Of a stretch of DNA of 64,000 nt, positions 40,889 to 55,839 are shown piece by piece. The position numbers were made by a program, and so were the translations under genes. The notes under the pieces are model-generated. The model was given only the letters and a program-made list of their open reading frames with translations. It made no database searches and was not told where the DNA came from. Location of the stretch: positions 35,340,001 through 35,404,000 of the forward strand of contig OZ024745.1 of the NCBI GenBank assembly GCA_964016885.1. The letters run 5' to 3'. Each line of letters opens with the position of its first letter. Within the stretch, counting starts at the first letter, position 1. The stretch comes from Eledone cirrhosa (lineage: Eukaryota).

Positions 40889-41066
40889 GGCATTATCGGT
40901 AGAGGGTCGGACGCCATGCTTTCCAGCAGAGTTACTTTCCTTTACAATCTGAGTTCAAATCCCGCCGAGGTTCACTTTGCCTTTCATCCTTACGGGGTCG
41001 ATAAAATAAAGTACCAGTAATGCACTGGGAAATTGCTGGCCTTGTGCCTAAAGTAGAAACAATTAT
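40889..41066 (+). mobile_element. tRNA-derived SINE (main family)
   Basis: Match to consensus with (ATT)n tail. Confidence 0.9.
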
Positions 41067-41072
41067 TATATA

Positions 41073-41131
<59 letters not shown>

Positions 41132-42745
41132 GGTATTTACATGTATATATATATGTATATATACATATATACATATGTACATGCATATAAATGAAAGCAT
41201 ACATAGGTCTGCATGTATTTACATATAACATACATTAATACTTACAAAAATGTCAGTGTCAAATTATTATGGCATTATAAAAAAGTTTGACAAGCGAAAT
41301 AATGTAAAATATTGCAGGAAGAATAACTGATACTAAAAATAAGAACATATTTACTCCATTGAAAAACGTTAATTCACTGAACATGACAACAAAATAACGT
41401 ATTTTGCGTTGAGAAAGTGTATCCTTTTTTCTCCTCAAGGACGGCACAAAGAAAATATTTTTTTGAACAATTTCTTTGCAAATATCAATGATTTGTGCAC
41501 GGATGTTGTGAAATGAGATAGATAGAAAATATCATTACAGAATATGTAACCACTGTGAGATGATTATACGTAGCCGTTCATCTTTGGAGATATTGACAAG
41601 CTACAACATGAGCTTTTACGCAGTTAGTCGGCGTACATAAAATAGAAGGCTGAGGAAAATAACTTTTAAAAATGAGGGAAAATTTTAATCTACAATCTAA
41701 AAAAAATTTAGATTTTAATCTTCAAACTTAAAGATTGTAGAATAAATTTTTTAGATTTTAACTTAAAAAAGAAAAGTCTCATTACATAGTATACTAATGT
41801 ATGATACCATGCCCCCCACCTACGAATTCAGTGAGATTTGACCATAGGTTTTCACTTGGAAAGTTCCTATCCAAAACATAGGCAAGTAGCTTGTGGAAAA
41901 CCAGCACTTAGGAATGCCACCAGTCACCCCACTTCACATTCCCAATATTGTCCAAAAGAAAGACGAAAGTCGCTACAGCCTGGCGCCCATGTTGTCGCAA
42001 CTCGGTTTGTCTAACTGAATGAACTAGAACACTGCAAAATAAATTGATTTTCTCGAGAAAACAACGCACCACCTGGCATCGATATCATTAGAACAAGCAC
42101 TTTCGTACTTCGTCCTAATATATGATTGTAAATCTAGTGCATAGTCACGGTTGGAATGCCTTTGACCATTGGGCAGGTTTGAGCGAGTAAAGGGCAACTA
42201 CAACAATTATCGAAGTAATTCTTGCATATTTTCTTTTGTTTTAGCAATCACAATTAACATCATGGCATTAGACACTATTCAATGACTCTTCTCTGTATGA
42301 GGAACATACTGTTATGTACAAGGAACCATGCATGTCACTAATGAGTTCTTATTTCATCCAATTTATACTTTCAATTGATTAAAAATCATTGAAGACTTAT
42401 CATGCCAAGTACGGCAACCATTATTATAATTATTTTCCTCATTATCTCCATTATCCATTCCAAATCAAAGTCTTTCCAAATCCGTTGGCACGTTTTTCTA
42501 TCCTGTGCCGCCGTTATTCATGTAACGCCCATAAACGCATCGACGGCAACACAAACGAATAAATGATGCTAGCAATAGCACCCAAAACACCCGTCTAAAT
42601 CTACTAAACTATCAAGGAGCAGCCAATATCAATCACAAAGTTATTCGTCAACCCAGAGACACATTTAAACACATTAGATAAGTTAAAATATCTGAGCTTT
42701 TGTATGCTATATCTAGCGTCGTCATTAAACGCCTGTCTAATTATC

Positions 42746-42839
<94 letters not shown>

Positions 42840-43034
42840 TATGTTCATTCAGTAGTTCAATCACGTACGCTGTTGGATGCATCAAGCTGCTTCAACAATG
42901 ACATGAGCCGTATGCTCTCTATTCAATATTTTCTCTACTTCCAAAGAATCCGACACTTAAATACGGAATAATTCTTCCAATATTAGTTGTCTTAATTTAT
43001 ACCAACAGGTGATAATTAAGACAGCTTGTTCGCG

Positions 43035-43095
<61 letters not shown>

Positions 43096-43401
43096 TTTAT
43101 ATATATATGTATATATATATATATATTCATTTATATTTGTATGATTGTAAATGTACATAAGATTATCTGTAAACACATACGGTTATATAAGTAAGATATG
43201 TGAAGAATTGGTCACATATGCACTGTGGCATCCATTGTTATTCCACTTAAAAGCATAAATGTATATGGAAAACATAAACAAGAAGCCTGAAAGCATGGAA
43301 TGTAATCTGTGCTTATCTCAATGCACTCAAATTCACAATTCAAAATACATAATCCTCATATGATAAGAAATTTAATTAAAGTATTTGTTTCCGATATATA
43401 T

Positions 43402-43459
<58 letters not shown>

Positions 43460-43605
43460 AACACACACACACATATATATATGCACACATACATATGTCA
43501 TTGAACGAAAGTAAATCGCGAAAAAGACGTCAAATTGCCCGATGAGTTCATCGAGAAAAGAAAAACGATTTATAGAAGATAGAAGAAAAGGGGAGGAGGG
43601 GGACG

Positions 43606-43637
<32 letters not shown>

Positions 43638-43669
43638 AAGCGCAACATAGCAGCAGCAATAATAATAAT

Positions 43670-43993
43670 AATTGTTTCTACTTTAGGCACAAGGTCAGTA
43701 ATTTGAAGAGGAGGGGGAAAGCCGATTAAATCGACCCCAGTACATTACTGGTGCTTTATTTTATCGACCCCGTAAGATGAAAGGCAAAGCTGACTTCGGT
43801 GAACTCAAAACGCATAGGGCCATAACTCTATCTTTCAAAGCATGGTGTCTGACGCTCTACCGATACTGCCAATGCACCGCTCTCAGCAATAATAATGATT
43901 TTTTTATTATTTATTTATTTGCTCTCAGCAATAATAATAAAAATAATTGTTTCTACTTTTGGCACAAGGCCAGCAATTACCCAGTGCATTACT
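43670..43993 (-). mobile_element. SINE copy (43670-43882) plus a truncated 3' piece (43945-43993)
   Basis: Match to consensus. Confidence 0.85.
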
Positions 43994-44475
43994 ATATATA
44001 ATATATAATATTAATAATAATGCTTTCTTTATTAACCAAAGGTTTACACAAAGTAAGACATTAAGGGCAATACAGGACAATACAGGACGGTACAAATGGG
44101 CATTTCTGCGTGTAAAAAAACAAAAAACAGAGGATGTAACAAAAAAGAAACAATGAAAAATTCCCCAATAGGGGGGAGACTTCCGAGGGACACTCGTGGA
44201 GAAAGCCCATTAAAAAAGCCACGGTGACCCTGACCACTCGGGCAAGTGCCCTCTCCCAGTTTTCCACCTTTAATTTACAGGCACATACTCAGAGTAGGCC
44301 CATTTACTCGGGCCATTCTTGCCTCTCTCACCCATCTTTCAACAAAATCCTGGGGAGAGAGCACTTCCCTCTCTACCCTGATTTTCCTTTTCAAATCAAA
44401 TTTGAAAAAAGTTAATCAGGGCATCACCGAAGAGGTAAGTGCTCGTCTTCAGCCCTTTCAAACGCGTCCACCATA

Positions 44476-47346
44476 CTATCTCTTTTGCCATGGCCTCCAA
44501 ACAGATAAAAACTGCCTGCCCTTCCCGGCTAATGGAAGAAGGCGGGGCATACTCACGATGGACTCAGCTGATAGCCGGATCCGTCCTACACGCGACAGCA
44601 GGTGTTCCACATAAACCCACAAGTCAGCAATGCTCGGACACTGGATGAGTGCGTGCAGGGCGGTTTCGTCGCCCTGCGGCGCATCTCGGACATGCTCGGC
44701 TGACGGCACTTCCATGCCTGTAGTGTTTATCCCGAACTGGTAAAGCTCCTCAGTAGCACTGCCAGGCCAGGGATTTCTAGAAGTTGTCCATAGGCCCCGG
44801 CCTGAAAGTTCTTCCGAATAGATTGGCTAGTTGATTGCGCATCATCAGCCACGGCATACCCAGCCCTCCACGTAGCAGATGGACCGCCTGACCATCGGAG
44901 CGCGTCCCTTCCACAAAAAGCGAAAAAGCAAACGCTCCAGCGCAGTCAGGCGAGGCTTAGGACAAGGCACGATGGTCAGGCGGTAGTAGATGACGGACGC
45001 GATGTACGCTTTCGCCACCCTCGCTCGACTTTTCAGGGATAGCTTCCTCTCTGCCCATTTCTGGGTGAGAGAAGCCACCCTGCTCGTTACCTCGTCCCAG
45101 TTTTTGTCCGTCTGGAGGTCCGGACCGAACCAGACTCCTAGTAATTTAACCGGTCACCGTCCAGCGCCCGACGACACTGTTGGACGGCATGGACCTGCTT
45201 CTCCTGGTGCTGAGCTGCAGGCCCACCGACTTTTCCTGGTTGATCATTGTTCCTGTCACCGCTTCGTATTCATTAGTGTAGTGCTGATTGCCTCGATGTG
45301 TTTGGCGTTCGACACCACTACAGTGACATTGTCTTCATATGCTGATATGGATCTTTCGCAATCTAGTTCGCGTGGGACCCCCTTAACGTCTCCAGTTTGT
45401 GCAGTAATGGCTTGAGAGTCAATACGTACAAGAGGGACGAGAGGGGACATCCTTGGCGGACCGAGCGCATGATGTTGAACGGTTCCGTCCACTCTCACCA
45501 CATAGCAGATGTCGCAGTGCATGGCAGTAATCCAGTCTCTGAAGACGGGCCCAAAGCCAGCTGCCCTCAGAAATGCCGCCAGATAACGATGGTCGACCCT
45601 ATCGAAAGCTTTCGACTGTTCTAAATGGATCAAGGACCCACCCTTTCCTAGCTAGATGGATTTGTGGTGGATGGATCTGTCTGGAATGGCGTATGTCTGC
45701 GCCTCTCCCCCCAGATCACCAACGACAAGCGCCAACCTCTTTGCTAGCACCTTGATCAAAATCTTGAACTCTGTGTTTAGCAGAGTTATGCTCCTGAAAT
45801 TGTCTATGTTATCCCCCTTGTTCGGATCCTTTCTCAGCAGCGCCAATGCTCCTCGGCTCACAGAGCTGGGAAATCTCCCGTTCTGCTGCCAGTTGCAGTA
45901 GACGTCCGCCAAGAGGCCTGCGAACAAGTCTGGCATCTGTAACTAAAGTTCATAGGGCAGACCATCCAAGCCAGGCGATTTACCCCCTGTGCAGCCAGAC
46001 ATTGCCTCCCGTACTTCAACGGCAGTTATCGGCTTTTCGCAACACTCCGCCTCAGTGGCCGAGAGCCTCGGCAGTCCGTCGAGGTAGGCACTAAAGTCCA
46101 TCCCTCGATCCGGGCCGCCGCTTCCCCCGAACAGCTGAGCGAAGTGTCGCTGAAAACCTTCACACATTTGCCCGGGATCGAGTAGCATGCGCCCGTCATG
46201 GTCCACCAAAGAACGGATCGTGGCTTTGTTGCCACGACGCGCCTCCGCCACTCGGGCCTATTGAACGGCTTTCGTCCCCTCGTGTCTGAGAGGACGCACC
46301 CTAGCTCTGACAACGCAGCTTTCGTGCTTTTCATTGAAGAATTGGTCAAGGGCCAATTTCGCCCCAAGTACATCGGTCGCGGTGCCTTTCCTAAGCACCT
46401 CGTCTAATTTTCTAACTAGTTCTCCTTCTGCCTTATTTTTCTCTATTGCTAAAACCTTACTATACCTAATGGACTCTATTCTAATCGCTCTCTTCACAGC
46501 AAACCACCATTTGTTCTTGACGATGGCTCCCGTTAACGCCCGCTTAACTAATTCGTTAATCCGGTCTCTGTAGGCCTTGCGCCCTGTTAATGACGCGTTT
46601 AGCTTCCAGTAGCCGGGTCCCTGTTTATGAAGTCTATCTAAGTCTACCTCACAGATCACGAATTTGTGGTCCGTGTCGTCCACTATTTTGAAATGTGGAC
46701 AGCCTATGCTAGACCTATCTATTTCCCTACAAAATACCTTATCTAGATATGATCTGGATGACCCGTTACGGTTTGTCCATGTCCACATTGGCACATTCGG
46801 GAAATCCAGACGGTACATGTCAGACAGTTGAAACCGTCTGAGCAGGTTTGCGAGGCTTTTACACCCTCCTCCCCTATCCGCTAATCCCACACAGTCCAAG
46901 CATGCATCTAAGATCCCGCTTTCGTCGCCCACTAACACTAAAGAGCGGGACGTTCCAAGAAAGGTCTCCGGACGCCGGAATAAATTACGCCGCCCTGCTC
47001 CTGTCGGGGCATAGACGGCCACTAGCCTGAAAGCTTGCCCGTCTCTGCTGTTCATGTCCAGCACCACCAACTTACCATCTGGGTCCAGGAAGATGGCCCG
47101 TATGGCGAGATCCAAACCTCTCAAAAAAAGCACAGCAACTCCTCTCCCCGATCCAGGACGGCTGGAAGATGCGTTCACATCGTAGCCGCCGAAGATCGGT
47201 GCGAAGGCTCGTGCTTCGGAGATTCTGGTCTCGCTGATGGCCACCACATCTATTTTTAGTGACCTCAGGTCGCTGAGCACGTGGCCCTCCTTCCATGACG
47301 ACTCCAGGCCACGCCCATTTATGCTGCCTATTCTGAGTGAAGTCAT
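44476..47346 (-). pseudogene. Tx1-like ORF2 (APE endonuclease + RT), disrupted
   Basis: 46258-47346: SINGRGL..AISETR..VAVYAP..SYLDK..TDH..PGYWKLN. The RT is split over 45943-46251, 45652-45936, 45256-45633 and 44845-45078. Confidence 0.92.
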
Positions 47347-49449
47347 GTTGAAAAGGAGTGGAAAAAGATGGGAAAGACCACTTTACTCACTTCTCGTAGA
47401 GGAAAGATGGTTTCTCCATCCTTCTCACTGCTTGTGGCCTCCCCCGGAAGGATGTCCTTATCAACCCTCCTGGAGAGTGTTTGTCGGAAGTCTCCGATGT
47501 TCTTGGGGAATTTTTGTTTTAGTGTCGTGTACGTTTTCTTTGTTAAGCGAGTGATTTGTATGTGTGGAGGTGGTGTGAATTTTTGGGGTGTTGTGTAGTC
47601 TTTTTCTGTGATGCTGGTGTTATGTTGGATGTAGTGTAATAATTGGTTTTTATTCAAATTTAATTGTTTCTACTTTAGGCACAAGGCCAGCAATTACCCA
47701 GTGTATTACTGGTACTTTATGTTATCGACCCCGTAAGGATGAAAGGCAAAGTCAACCTCGGCGGAATTTGAACTCAGATCGTAAAGGGACGTAACTATGC
47801 TGGAACGCATGGCGTCCGACCCTCCACCGATACTGCCAATCCACTCAAATTTAATGCTGTGTAGTGTGTATCGTTTTGGTTGTTTTGTTTTGTTTGCGTT
47901 TGTTGTGGGTTTGTTTCTGTTTCGCTTTCTGGTGATCTTTGTGGTGTTGGTGATGGTGGTTGTGGGGTTAATGATGGTGATGGTGTTGGTGTTTGTGGTG
48001 ATGGAGCTGGTGATGCTGGTGTGGATGGTGGCATAGCTGTCTTAACTTTTTTGTTTGTTTGCTTATTTGTTTGCATTTTATTTTTGGAGGGCGAAGGAAG
48101 AGTTGGGATAGGTCGGGGAGTGAAAAATCCTCAACAGGCGTTGGTTTTGCGTGTGGCGTGGTGGATGGCGGAGGCGCTGGTGCTAATTCTGGCGCGGTGG
48201 GTGGTGTTGGTTTTGCTACTGTTGCTGGGGTTGTTGCTGCTACAGTTGCTTCTGTTGTTGCTGCTACACTTGTTGCTGTCATTTCTGCTGCTTGTGGCTT
48301 TGATGGTTGAGTCACTGTGGTGGGTAGGAGAGGTGGCCTCAACTTTTTAGCCTGACGGCAGAAAGCCTTTAGGTGGGTTCCTTCGCCACAAACGACACAT
48401 CTAGGCCTTCTACCCTCAACGATTACGGTGAGGTGGCTGCCGTCATTGAGGTCTATCACCTCTGGAATTTCCTCAATGCTTTTTTGGTTCGCTTGGATCA
48501 GGAGCTTCATCCCAGATCCAGACCAGTTCTCCTGCTTTTCTCTTGTTATCTCAATTATTTTCGTGTTGGCCTCGATGCCGGCGAGGACGGCAGCCATTAG
48601 CCAGGGAATTTTGATGGCCGGCGGAACGTGGGTCACCCTGATCTTCACGAGTCTCTGACCACAATAGCTTGGGACGAGTGTGGACTCGTCACTTCTTAAT
48701 GGTTCATGTAGTGCTCTCTGGATTCCTGTGGGGTTCCTAAGAACACGTCCAAGGTTCCATATTTCTGCCCACGTCTGATGTGGGTTTTTTTCGCCCACAC
48801 ATGTCCCAAAGCTTTTTGTATCTGGGACTTGGATGCCCGTTCCACTCGGCGTGATTTTGTGTTTATCGTCCGATATGACACGGTGCATAGGCGCCGATGC
48901 TCCATTTTATTAGATGGGGAGTGCGGGTGAGGCTGACCCTGTACCCATCTTTTTTTACCATTCTCTTGGTTTCATTTAATTCATCCTGGCTTACCTCGAT
49001 TGTTTCGCTTTTCTTGGCTGCTTTGGCAAACGACACATTTTGTTTTGCGCTGGTGTTGATGTTGTTGTTGTTATTTTAATTGTTGTTGTTGTTGTTGTTA
49101 TTGTTATTTTTGTTATTGTTATTTTTAGTTTCAGTTGTGGTGGTGGTGGTGGTGGCGTCATTGTTTTTCGGCTTTGAAGAGTCGATTCTGTGTGAATCCA
49201 TTTCGATGTCATGAGATAATTTATTTTTTTTGTTTCAGTTGTCGCTGTGGTAGTGGTGGGGGTGGCGGCTTTAACACCTGCAGTTATTGGTAATGGCGGG
49301 AAATGAATGTCTGCATGTGACAAATTTAAATTATTGCCACTGCTTATATTTGTAGTGTTGGCAAGCGTAGTAATGTCTACAATGGTGATGGCGGGAGGTG
49401 TTGGTCTGTTAGGAAGGCTGTCAGCTTTGTGTGGCTGAGAGCCGTCCAT
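47343..49449 (-). pseudogene. Tx1-like ORF1 (gag-like), disrupted
   Basis: 47968-48888 contains VIVEGRRPRCVVCGEGTHLKAFC (CX2CX4HX4C), flanked by low-complexity T/P-rich segments. Confidence 0.85.
47665..47844 (-). mobile_element. SINE inserted in LINE ORF1 with an 11-bp target-site duplication
   Basis: TCAAATTTAAT at 47654-47664 and 47845-47855. Confidence 0.92.
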
Positions 49450-49656
49450 GCTTTTTGCAAAGAACATTTGAAAATTATAAACGTCTAAATTTTGGGCTCA
49501 AGGCCCCACTCTTTTTGAATGTCCTTTTCCGAAAGCAAATTTTCTGACTTTATAAACACTTAACAACAAACATTTTCCATAACTGGCAATTTTAAACAAC
49601 TGAAAATAACAAACATTTGCGGAGCTCACAATAATACGATTTCCTACGTACGTCTC

Positions 49657-49690
<34 letters not shown>

Positions 49691-49837
49691 GTCTGTTTTA
49701 TTTGTGTGCACCTCAGCCTATTATTGTATGTGGTTTGATTGTGTAGGAATTTGTAATATATACCCATTATACTCTCATATACATATCAATTTTGCATACA
49801 AACGTTGTTATACACCCATTAGAACGCGTATGCGCTA

Positions 49838-49921
<84 letters not shown>

Positions 49922-50487
49922 TGAAAGTTCATTTAACCCTGATGAAGGGACTTTCAGGTCCGGAAATATATATATATAACGCCGCATACTGAAAAAACAA
50001 AACCTCACATGCACGTATTTTAATATACTTATTGACTCGTTTACACACACTCGTTCTTTTTCTCTATCTGTAACGTCCACACATTACGCACATACATTCA
50101 CAAACATTTACACACACTCAGATACACTTATATTTTTTCTAATTAATTACAAATTGGATACTTATCAGAGTTTATTATTAATGATCGATTTAATGTAGAA
50201 TTGAGATTTTATCTGTCCAAAGAAAAGTCAATAAAAATGCTTATTCATTTAGTGTTGTTTTACCGAGGAGAAAGTGTTCATCACAAAAATTCGATATACG
50301 TCAACTATTGTCAGTAGAGAGAAGCAAGGTCACCATGCGATGTCAGAAATTATAAAGTTATTGGACTGAATATATTCTTTCGCGGTTAAACATGCTAATA
50401 AATAAATAAATAAATCAAACAATGAGATAAAAAGAAATTATTTTTTATAGAAATATACAATTTCTCTTTTGATTTCCTATTCCGCTA

Positions 50488-50900
50488 GTATCTTCGGTCT
50501 CATAAATATATACCAGTAATACACTGATTCAATCAAGAGACAGAAAATACTCGTGTAATTTGTGTGACAAGTCTAAACGATAAAAACAGTCGTATGTCTG
50601 AAAAAAGGAAGATTATAGGAACAGTTCTCACTGCAGTTAATCCCTGAGTCTTGTTTATATAAAGAGAAAGTATGTATAATGTAACAAATGACATAAATAT
50701 CACAAAACTTAATGACAATATGATAGAAATAATCAGTTCTTTGTGATGTTGAATACAGATGAGTCGTACACATTACGAAACGGTCTACCTCAAAGTTCTT
50801 GTTCAAAATGTATAAAAATATTCCACCGAAATTTGATAATACCATACCTTTATATATGCCGATAATTGATGCTTTGCGTGCCAAGCTATTGCTATAAAGA
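50488..50900 (+). pseudogene. Possible decayed cadherin-like exon
   Basis: Acceptor-like ttccgctag; IIGTVLTAVNP; VYLKVLVQNV/KNIPPKF (50783-50834, one frameshift), compare VxVxDVNDNxPxF. Confidence 0.35.
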
Positions 50901-52160
50901 TAATTATTTAATTGTTAACTCCATACAAACATTATTCTTTATGTTATTTAAGAAACAAGGAAGCAAATAGAAAACGATACATATTCTGGTCTAGAGCAAA
51001 TATGGAACACTGCCAGTATACAAAATGTATTGGTGTGTTAAATTAGCAGGCCCAGTGCCATTATAATAATTTTGATTCAATAAATTACGATAAGACTGTA
51101 TCGATACTTCAGCAATAACTTCATCGAGGTTTATATCTTCAGTCAAGCAAACTGAAACAGCTAAAGTAAAGACAGAGACAGGATGTTGTTATGTTGTTGG
51201 TATTTAGTCCTACTTCATCCCCTATTCAAAGATGTTCCATCCATATCAACCCCGTTAATTCCAGGTTATATATCAAGAGCTATGTGTTGAAAATAAATTT
51301 AGTTGCTGTTTCTATGGCAGAACACCACTGGTGTTTCATAATTTACGATTAGTTTATTCTGTACTAGATTGTTTTATTCTGTATAAAATATCCATACCAC
51401 AATTTTTATATCCTGCTGCCTATGCAATATGCTGATATGAAAGAAATTGAATCCCTTGTTAAGAAGCTATTTTATAAAAAGAATAACTGCTACTTTGATC
51501 CACAAGATATTTTTCATTAAATATATAAAATAATTATCGAAAATCTTGATTAATTCCGAATAATAGATAAAGCCACTTTATCCCGGAAGCTCCGGCATAC
51601 AGAGACAGAATGTCTAAAGACATATAACATGTAACCAGAAAATAGTTCTAATAAATTACACAAACTAAAATTCAGAAACAAAAATGTGTCTCAATATTGA
51701 CAGATGAATCTAAAGATCTCAAAGAAAGATTTACAAAACCCACACAAGTTCATGAAGTGTGATATGAACTAAACATTTAGTAACAATTAATCACCAACAA
51801 TAGCCGAAAGGGTGATTCAATAGCACGACAAAATGATTTAAGAAGTGAAACAAAATTGATTGTACATTTAATTCACATCATATTCTATGTTTCCATGTTC
51901 AATATCACTGCGCAGTAACTGACTCACATGTTTTCTACAATTGCCTTGAGTCGAGCTAAGGCTTGTAAATTGAATAAGTTAGACCGAAATTGCGTGGGAT
52001 CCAGTCGTATGTATTGCACGTAATCTTGGGTACTAGACTCAAACAGCCTTCTGGTTTAACAGTAGCTTGTTCATGGTTAAATTTAGCGAAGTCCTTACAT
52101 GAGCCTTTCTTTTTATCTGTATATATATATATGTACATATATATATATATATATATATAT

Positions 52161-53041
52161 AGTAATAATAGTAATAATAATAAAATTGAAGACTAAAATC
52201 CAAAGAGGGCTCGATAAGGATAAATATATATCAAATATATAAGAACCGTAGAGCAAATATTTATTAAAATAACAGATTAAAGTTTAAGCAAAGAATCGCT
52301 GCTTTCACCCTTAACGGGATCTTCTGAAACTAACAAAGTCAATCTGTAAACGCAGAACAGGATATTTCAAAAAACGTTGCAACCGGAGGAAGACAGGAAG
52401 ACGATACTTTGGTTCGTGGAAACGTTCGCTGGCAAAGAACGGGAAAAAACGAATAATACGTCATTAAAAGGAGCGGTGAAAAACAATTACGCGCAAAGAC
52501 AGAACAACGTTTAGGTATAAAAGAGGTCGTAGACTAATGTTCTCTTAGGTGGGGAATAGAGACGTTCTCTGGCAATTAACGAAAAAACGAAGATAATAAG
52601 TCATATGTGGAGCGTGGAGAACAATAGCACGCAAAGACAAAACCACGTAAATGGTATAGCAGAAGTCGTAGACTAAAATTCTAACTAGGAGACCAAATGA
52701 ATCTCCACTACAGAGTTAAGAACAAAGTAAATAAATACAATACAGAAGTAATAGAAATAAATAAATACATACACACAAACAAATACGTACATACACAAGC
52801 ATACGCAAAACCTTACCATAGGTATACAACCACGCACATATAAATATGTGTGTGTGTATGCTTGTGTACAAATAAATAAATAATTATATAAACGTATATA
52901 AGTAAATAAATACGTATATAACAAGCGCACACACATACCTACATATAAATACACGAATGTTCGGAGACGTAAGTCAACTAAAACAAGAAGTACACATATA
53001 CACACACCCACCATACGTACGAACCTGCATACTCACGCAGA
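52161..53041 (-). mobile_element. 5'-truncated non-coding copy of the Penelope-like family at 5015-6490
   Basis: 52318-53041 is highly similar to 5015-5744. The terminus is shared with 9259-9410 and, inverted, with 29060-29163. It abuts (TA)n. Confidence 0.9.
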
Positions 53042-54194
53042 CCCACAGTGGGATGACATCCATCATAATGATATAGCATGGCAATTTACATATAAAGGTT
53101 AAAGAATAAAAATAAAAGTAAAAATAAAAATAAAAATGAAACATTGGCAGTTTATGAAGATACGCGTGTCTTATTTATACAGGATTAGAGTGCGGCAGAT
53201 TGTTACTTGTAGGACCTCTACAATTGTATTATGCGATACACCTCACAGCGATGGATTAACAGAGTTGTTAGGGCGAAATATTTCCAGCATTTAGTTCTTG
53301 CTCTTTATGTTCTGAGTTCAAAACAATTCGAGGTCAACTTTGCCTTTCACCCTTCCTTTGAAAGTGCAATAAAGTACTAGTAAAGTAGTGGGTTCGAGGA
53401 TATTGAGGTATCCCTTACTACACATTTGCTGAGATTGTGACTAAATTAGAAATCATTACGTCATATCTCTAACACTTCAGTTTCAAATATGTTTATCTTT
53501 CGGGTGAACACATGTCCTCATAAAATGATATTATCAGGATACATCTTCAATACTTTATATTGTAAACTATATCATGTAAGGTATATTTCTTTTTAAATCT
53601 GCAGCTTTTACCCTATCACGATTAACTCTTAAGCGTTCTAATTTTACATTTTTATTTTAATAATTCAGCAAGATTGTATTAAAATAAAAGCAAAGATTTA
53701 TGACCCTGACATTTAGGCAACCGTAGATTAGATTCAAAGTTAAAAATAGCATTTAATAAGAAAAAATGTTATTTCCATCTTTATAACATGTTAGGCGGCG
53801 CCGATAGTTTCAATTAATATTTTTGGTTTATCTAAAAATGTCTATTCAGAATGAAAATATTCCCAGCCTCTGATTTATTATAACATGTATGTAGTTCTTA
53901 AGTAATTGCCACGAAGGAAGACTGTCGCTTTGAGAGAGAGAGAGAGAGAGAGAAAACGACTATTGTTGAGTACGTAGTTAACCTTGCAAATAAACCCGAA
54001 ACTCGAAGTCTCAAATGTTACTTTAGTATTGATATATTCTCTAGGTACACTAGCCACGTAATAAAATAGAAAGTAAGGCGAACGGATAACAATGTTCCGA
54101 ACATGTTTCTTCATCAAGATATTCATAATTTCCAAATTAGACATATCCTTTTCTCCCCCTCCGCCTCCCTTTCTCTCTCTCTCGATATTATATA

Positions 54195-54254
<60 letters not shown>

Positions 54255-54293
54255 TATATGTACATATGTATGTATGTATGTATGTATGTATGT

Positions 54294-55313
54294 CTCTTTC
54301 TCTTAATTTCGAGTATATTTTTTTGACCGGCCACCTTCCTGGTGGCAAGGCTGTAAAAGAAATGAAATTGTCATCCCTTGAATCGCAAGAATGTTTTGCA
54401 AATTTTGAAGGTGTCAGCTATCGCAGCCATTTGTAGACTATGAATTAGGGAGCTGCGCTTTTTGTCCGCAAATCCAAGTTCAGTCATACTTTGGTCCAAG
54501 CGGGTTGGTATATAACCCGTAGCTCCAATAATGATGGGTATGAAGCTAAAGGTGTATCTTGGATACTGAATTTGTAAACTCCTCATCAATGGTCCGTAGA
54601 TGTCCTCCTTCTCCTGTATTTTTCTCACAACGTTTACATCAAGTGGGCAGCTGATCTCCACAACAGAACACGTTTTCAATGTGTGGTCCCAAACAACAAT
54701 ATCAGGCCGGTTGTGCTTTAATTTGGTGGCAGTTTTTATTTTCAGGTTCCACCAGTATTCCTTAGTGCCATCTGTCTCAATATATTCTTCCTCGTTTGTT
54801 GTTAATTTTGTTTTCCGAAGTGCGTTCCAGATGGTTCTAGCTATCCCATCGTGTCTCATGGAGAGGTAGTAGCGAGATGACATTATTTCGCAGCTGGCAA
54901 CAATGTGGCTTACGTCCTCGATCTTTGTTTTACATAGCCTATATTTATTGTCAGCTGCTGGCTCCCCTCTTTTGTGCAGCAGATATCTGGTAGGGAGTTC
55001 TTGTTCCTGTATTGCATCGAGATATCCCTCAAGGTGTGATGTCATAAACTTGTCGGAACTCCATGCCAGGCTTTTTGAGTGGTTTATCCCCTATGGTCTG
55101 TGTTTTACGCCTCAAGTATCCATGCACAACTTTTTCTGTAAATTGGTCAATTTTTTTATCTTGTTTGAACATTGAGTAGGATCTTCCGATTTCTCTGGGT
55201 GAGAGATTTATATCAGGCTTTATTCCATATCTCTCCTCCAGATCAGTCGCTATTCTAATGATATTGTTTTTTTCATGCTCATAAACCTGGGCAAGATGGT
55301 TGCCAACCTTTTT
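54294..55313 (-). mobile_element. R4/Dong-type retrotransposon, 5'-truncated copy A
   Basis: ORF 54371-55045: RLC..EDVSHIVASC..RHD..HNRPDIVVWD..VVEISCP (CCHC region + PD..E restriction-like endonuclease); (TATG)n on both sides. Confidence 0.93.
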
Positions 55314-55395
55314 TATGTATGTATGTATGTATGTATGTATGTATGTATGTATGTATGTATGTATGTATGTATGTATGTATGTATGTATGTATGTA

Positions 55396-55472
<77 letters not shown>

Positions 55473-55839
55473 GCGTGTATGTGTGAAAAACTTGATTTTG
55501 TTTCTCGTCAATAATAACCCACCAGAGCAATGTTCATTGAATTATAGCAGCTGCTTAAATAAAAATGCCACAAATCAAAGGCAAATGACATCCAGGAGGT
55601 TGGTTTGAAGTTTGCGATGGCTTTTGTTAAGGATGATCACGGGAGAGGTCATAATCTACGTATGACATAAATATCATAAAAACAGTGTTCCAATCGAAAA
55701 ACTAGAAAATGTTGTTTTATGAGGTAGGACTCATATATTTACAACTTACAGTATCCTTTAAAATTGATAAATACTTTTAAGTAGAAATACTCAGCGAAGT
55801 ATTTAAAGGACATTATTTCTATAAATGTTCTTTCAATCC

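Larger units (their letters stand above)
44012..49658 (-). mobile_element. Nearly full-length decayed Tx1/L1-type LINE
   Basis: ORF1 pieces with a CCHC knuckle, APE endonuclease, RT motifs (KSPGLDGLPYE, FRSITLLNTEFKIL, SKAFDRVDH, SAYEDN), a C-terminal ETALHALIQCP, and AATAAA plus (ATT)n at the 3' end. Confidence 0.93.
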
